From positions 404,684 through 468,683 of the forward strand of contig CAWHVC010000002.1 of assembly GCA_963832745.1 (NCBI GenBank): DNA of 64,000 nucleotides, written 5' to 3'. The notes under the pieces are model-generated. The model made no database searches. It saw nothing but the letters and a program-made list of their open reading frames with translations, and was not told the DNA's origin. Below are positions 59,454 through 64,000 of the stretch, in pieces (within the stretch, counting starts at the first letter, position 1; each line of letters begins with the position of its first letter). Origin of the DNA: Candidatus Bathyarchaeota archaeon (GTDB lineage Archaea; Thermoproteota; Bathyarchaeia; Bathyarchaeales; Bathycorpusculaceae). Made by a program: the position numbers and the translations under genes.

Positions 59454-62045
59454 ATGAAAAATAACATACCAAAAATACGTGCTTTTGCAATTGCTTTCGT
59501 GTTGATGATTAGTTGTATATCTATGCTTATGACAACTTCAGTGAAAGCGGATACTACATACACTAACCTTCAAGAAGGCGGTTCAATACCTGGCCCACTG
59601 CAGAGCGGCGTTACCGCAGATGTAGAAGTTGATACACGTGCTTTTCTCAGTTTTACACCTAATCCCATAGGTGTCAACCAAGAACTACTAGTAAACATTT
59701 GGCTTAACCCAGCACTGCATGTAAGTCGATACTTCAAAGATTACACAGTAACATTCACAAAACCAGACGGAACAACCGACGTTGTCAAGATTGATTCTTA
59801 TCGAGCAGACAGTACAGCATGGTTCCCTTACAAAGTAGATCAAACCGGTACTTGGTCAATCAAATTTGACTTCCCCGGTGGTTACTTCCCCGCAGGCAAC
59901 TACACAACCTACAGTGGAGCTGTAATGGGCAGTGGTGTCACTAGCTTTACAGATTCTGTCTACTACAAGCCTAGTTCTACGCCAGTACAAAACCTGACAG
60001 TGCAAACAGACATGGTCTATTCATGGCCGCCGGCAGCATTACCAACCGATTACTGGGTAAGACCAATATCGCCAGAAAACCGTGAATGGTGGTCAATCGC
60101 AGGCAACTACCCCGCCACAGGCTATGTAGGCGGAGGAGCAACATGGGACCAACTTTACCCTGATACAAACCCTCACTGGAGTGACCGCTACACCTTTACA
60201 CCTTGGGTTCAAGCGCCAAACAGTGCACACATAGCATGGAAAAGACTAGACGCTATAGACGGTTTAGTCGGAGGCCCCGGCGGAACATCAAGTTTGCTTA
60301 CTACACCCGCATCACCAAGCGTCATTTATGCTGGCAGATGTTATCAGACAATGACTGTTCCAATCAATGGCGTGCCAACAAGCTGTGCCGTATGCTATGA
60401 CCTGCGCACAGGACAACAATATTACGCGATACCTACCTCACAAGGTGGAATCACTCCGACTATTGTTTCTTATACTTCGACGTATTCAACGCTTTCAGGT
60501 CAGCCAGCTGTTCCAGGCGCAACTGCAGGTTCAGGTACCGCACCCGAACTTATGACAATAAGCAACGGCTATCTATTGAAGATTAACTCGTTAACTGGCG
60601 CTATATTAACTAACGTTTCGATTTCTCCGCTAACAGGCACTGGCGGAACATATTACATGAACGAGTACGTCTTAGCTATACAAAACATTGGCGACCGCAC
60701 TAGTCCAAACTATCGATTAATCAATTGGACCACAGCAGGAACCACAAGCAACTTCTCAGCAAGAATAATGAGCAATACAAGTTATGCAAGAAGCAGTCTG
60801 CCCACAATAATCGATTATAACGTTGGAATAGGCGCAACTGTATCTGGTGTTGTTCCGGCAACTTCAACAGGCGTGCAAACACAAATGACCATAATCGCCT
60901 ACCAACTGACTACAGGAGAACAATTATGGAACAAAACAGTCGATGAATCACAATACGCCTCAAGCACTATAGTTGCAGACCACGGAAAACTTGCAGTGTT
61001 AACTGAAAAAGGATACTTCTTAGCGTACGACTTAGCTACAGGCACTCAAGTATGGCAAAGCGAACAAATGAGTTATCCTTGGTCAGCATCTGGTTTTGGA
61101 GCCTACACAATACAATCCGCTTATGGACTAATATTCAGAGAAGCATATGACGGCGTTTACGCTTTCAACTGGACAGACGGTACGATAGCTTGGAAATACA
61201 AAGCTTCTGCAACCCCATTTGAAACCCCCTACATTGATGAAAACGGTGAACCAGTCTATGCTTTCTCATGGAACGGTGGAGGTGGCAGTGGTACAATAGT
61301 TGCTGACGGAAAAATATACACTTTCAACTGTGAACATTCTCCTACCTTGCCCATTACGAGGGGCTGGAAAATGCATTGCATTAACATTACAACAGGCGAA
61401 GGCATCTGGAACATTACCGGCTATATGTCGGCAGGCGCAGTAGCAGATGGCTACCTAACAGTTGGAGACACATACGATGGTTACCTGTACGTTTTCGGCA
61501 AAGGTCAAAGCTCAACCACAATTTCAGCCCCACAAACAGCGATAACAAAAGGACAAAGCGTCATTTTAAGCGGCACCATTTTAGATCAATCACCCGCCCA
61601 ACCAGGCACACCTTGTATCTCTAAGGACTCAATGGCGACCTACATGGAATACTTGCATATGCAGAAACCGATTGACGGCTTATACCACAACATAACAGTA
61701 ACTGGAGTTCCAATATCAATTGATGCCATCGATCCTAACGGTAACCCCGTACACATCGCAATAGTAACAAGTGATATGAGCGGAACCTTCAGCTACACGT
61801 GGACACCAGAATTAACCGGCGATTACGCCATAACAGCTACTTTCATGGGTGATGAATCGTACGGCAGCAGTTGGGCTGAAACACATGCAACAGTAGTAAA
61901 CGCGCCAGAACCATCAGCGACTTCGTCACCAATCAGTTTTGACTCAATCACCAATACATTGATGACAACGGCAATAGAAATAGCAGTAGCAATCATAATT
62001 GTAATTGCACTGGCAACAGTAATTCTGCTTAAGAAAAGACCATAA
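59454..62045 (+). CDS. Membrane-anchored PQQ-repeat beta-propeller surface protein
   Basis: GGAGG SD, signal peptide, PNPIGVNQ Ig-like domain, YDL.TG...W repeats, GKGQS.TT, F.GDESY..S.AET, C-terminal TM. Confidence 0.88.
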   Translation: MKNNIPKIRAFAIAFVLMISCISMLMTTSVKADTTYTNLQEGGSIPGPLQSGVTADVEVDTRAFLSFTPNPIGVNQELLVNIWLNPALHVSRYFKDYTVTFTKPDGTTDVVKIDSYRADSTAWFPYKVDQTGTWSIKFDFPGGYFPAGNYTTYSGAVMGSGVTSFTDSVYYKPSSTPVQNLTVQTDMVYSWPPAALPTDYWVRPISPENREWWSIAGNYPATGYVGGGATWDQLYPDTNPHWSDRYTFTPWVQAPNSAHIAWKRLDAIDGLVGGPGGTSSLLTTPASPSVIYAGRCYQTMTVPINGVPTSCAVCYDLRTGQQYYAIPTSQGGITPTIVSYTSTYSTLSGQPAVPGATAGSGTAPELMTISNGYLLKINSLTGAILTNVSISPLTGTGGTYYMNEYVLAIQNIGDRTSPNYRLINWTTAGTTSNFSARIMSNTSYARSSLPTIIDYNVGIGATVSGVVPATSTGVQTQMTIIAYQLTTGEQLWNKTVDESQYASSTIVADHGKLAVLTEKGYFLAYDLATGTQVWQSEQMSYPWSASGFGAYTIQSAYGLIFREAYDGVYAFNWTDGTIAWKYKASATPFETPYIDENGEPVYAFSWNGGGGSGTIVADGKIYTFNCEHSPTLPITRGWKMHCINITTGEGIWNITGYMSAGAVADGYLTVGDTYDGYLYVFGKGQSSTTISAPQTAITKGQSVILSGTILDQSPAQPGTPCISKDSMATYMEYLHMQKPIDGLYHNITVTGVPISIDAIDPNGNPVHIAIVTSDMSGTFSYTWTPELTGDYAITATFMGDESYGSSWAETHATVVNAPEPSATSSPISFDSITNTLMTTAIEIAVAIIIVIALATVILLKKRP

Positions 62046-62237
62046 TGAAATCAAAAATTGCCTTATACCCTATTTCCTTTTTTTTATTCCATAGATATCT
62101 TTTCTTTTTTTCAGTTTATTGAAGCCTTAAGCAATTTCTGAATATTTACTTCGTTAGACAGGGGTTTGCTTGTTGCGAAAACTTAAATATTGACAAGCGA
62201 CTCAGATGGCTGTAAACCCAAGAAAAGCACGGGTCAT

Positions 62238-62316
62238 GGGGCCGTCGTCTAGCATGGTTCAGGATACATGCCTGGGGCGTATGCGATCCTGGGTTCAAAT
62301 CCCAGCGGCCTCACCA
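62238..62316 (+). tRNA. tRNA-Pro(GGG), CCA apparently encoded
   Basis: Acceptor GGGGCCG/CGGCCTC-A-CCA, anticodon stem CATGC/GTATG around CTGGGGC, T arm CTGGG-TTCAAAT-CCCAG. Confidence 0.93.
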
Positions 62317-62480
62317 CAACAATCCAGAAGCCTCACGCGTTATTTCGCTTTGTTAATATGTTGAGTATTGAATTGAGTTTGCTGGCTTTTCAAAGAGCAC
62401 GTGTATATGTGTGCCCTGTATTTTATGCGTGGCTGAATAACCTGACTACACAAAACAAACAAAAGCTTTTCATCAAAAAA

Positions 62481-63268
62481 TTGAAGGTCCTATCGAAGAG
62501 TCTTCTGAGCACGCGAAGTTTTCTTTACATGGCGATTGCAGTTATGGGGGTTGTGCTTGGCGGCGGAGGATTGTTTCAGGGAGTGCTTGCTGTTGTTTGC
62601 GCTAAATTGCAGTTTCAATTAACCAGGTTACGGATGTTTCGGAGGATAGTATTTCTAAAAGGGATAACCCAGTTGTCTCAGCAGCCATTAGCCAAAAGGA
62701 CATGGTATATGCTACTTTAGGCTACTGTGGTTTGGCTTTTCTTTTTGCTGCTTTAATCGGCTACGTTGCCATTGTGCTGACGGCGGCGTCTTTGTGCTTG
62801 TCGATTCTCTATTCTGCTCCACCTCTACGATTAAAAAGGTACCCTTTTGTAGCGTCCTCCACTATCGCCGTTTTCGCTTTAATTATATTCTCGCTGGGAT
62901 TCTGCTCAGGACAACCAACAAGGGGGTTTCCCACCAGTTTAGCCTTGGTAATTTTAGTCAGCTACAACTTGGCCATCAACACTAAGGACCTTAAAGACTA
63001 TGAGGGAGACAAAAATAGTGGTGTGTTTACTTTGCCAGTGCTTTTAGGTCAAAGAAGGGGAAGAATTGCTATAGGTGCGCTGGATTTTGTTGCTTACTTG
63101 GCAGTGCCTTTTATATTGCACGTTCCTTTGCTTGTCGTTCCGGCGTTAATTTTTGGGGGCTTAACCTTTATTCTTATTTACGGAGAGAAAACGCCGGAGA
63201 AACTGCTCTTTTTTATGCTATTCCTGTTTTTGGCAACAGTTATGGTCGCCTTGCTGCTGGCACGCTGA
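62481..63268 (+). CDS. UbiA-family prenyltransferase, frameshifted at about 62607; start approximate
   Basis: NQVTDVSED..SKRDNP (first Asp-rich motif) lies in frame upstream of ORF 62702; YSAPPLRLK; KDLKDYEGD...G.FTLPV.LG. Confidence 0.8.
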
Positions 63269-63399
63269 AGACGGAAAACTTGCAAGAAACCGCAGCAGAC
63301 GCGGGCAAAGACAACAAATTATCCCTAAATAATTGAATAAAAAACGCACATGTCTGAGCGCATAAACTAAGCACGCGTAATTTTACGAAAATTGGTTGT

Positions 63400-63705
63400 T
63401 TATGGCTTTTTCTCGTTTTCGAGTTCTTGCCTAATTGAATTAAACTTTAAGATTAATTGAGGCAAATGAGGCATCCTTTCCGCAATAATATCTACTAATG
63501 CTTCCGATCCTTCAGTATGCGAAATAAGCAAGCATATTACATCATTTATAAACGCGTCATAATCTCCCGTGTAAGGGATTGTGACTTCCGATTTCATCTC
63601 TGAAATTCTCTTCAACATGTTAGTAAAGAAAACGGAGTCTAGTATTTCGTTAACTTTCTGCTCGTTTTCTTCAGGGTATTCTATAGCTAGGATTCTCATT
63701 TTCAT
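63400..63705 (-). CDS. Hypothetical protein
   Basis: 101-aa ORF with GGAG upstream, in an AT-rich context. Confidence 0.55.
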   Translation of the reverse strand: MKMRILAIEYPEENEQKVNEILDSVFFTNMLKRISEMKSEVTIPYTGDYDAFINDVICLLISHTEGSEALVDIIAERMPHLPQLILKFNSIRQELENEKKP

Positions 63706-64000
63706 TTCAAGTTTCTCTCCTTGTTACGATTTTTACGGCTTAGACATTTGGAGCGCTTTTATGGAAGAAAATTTTTTCGATAATAGCAAGCTCCAGAATA
63801 ATATGACTCCGCTGAGTATATTTGTTTATCCTAAATGCAAAATTGATAATTGAACAATAAATGAATTATGTAAATGAATCATTCTTCAAGAAAGTGTTCT
63901 TGGGTAAGATCATTGTCTATCCATGCTTTTTTGGTTCCTTGATAATACTGCGCAAATATATTTTAACGGATAAAAAAAGGGTGGTTTCTCCTATAGCGTT

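Noticed and set aside
62268-62480. 5' part of the 150-aa ORF at 62268
   Set aside because: It begins inside tRNA-Pro. Only its 3' part is plausibly the N-terminus of the frameshifted UbiA gene.

Overview
This is an archaeal chromosome segment, most consistent with Bathyarchaeia (TACK). The inference rests on TBP, RadA, an EF-2 paralogue, a Cren7-like zinc ribbon, Rqc2, tRNA-Ile2(CAU), and large PQQ-repeat and NosD surface proteins. Positions 1-32.8 kb are mostly core genes, including a tandem triplication of signal peptidase I. At 33.1-37.5 kb there is a defence insertion: a wHTH gene and a divergent degenerate nuclease-fold gene share three palindromic operator-like boxes, followed by an AT-rich three-gene Lamassu/ABC-3C system. 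At 39.8-45.8 kb a membrane-anchored HTH, secreted proteins and an ABC-2 exporter are linked by a duplicated 46-bp palindromic promoter motif. At 49.8-57.7 kb there are three AOR-family oxidoreductase plus ferredoxin pairs with non-canonical cofactor motifs. Two tRNAs are present. At least eight genes carry single-base indels, probably long-read assembly errors, and these hide some genes from the ORF track. All calls come from reading motifs by eye; no searches were run.
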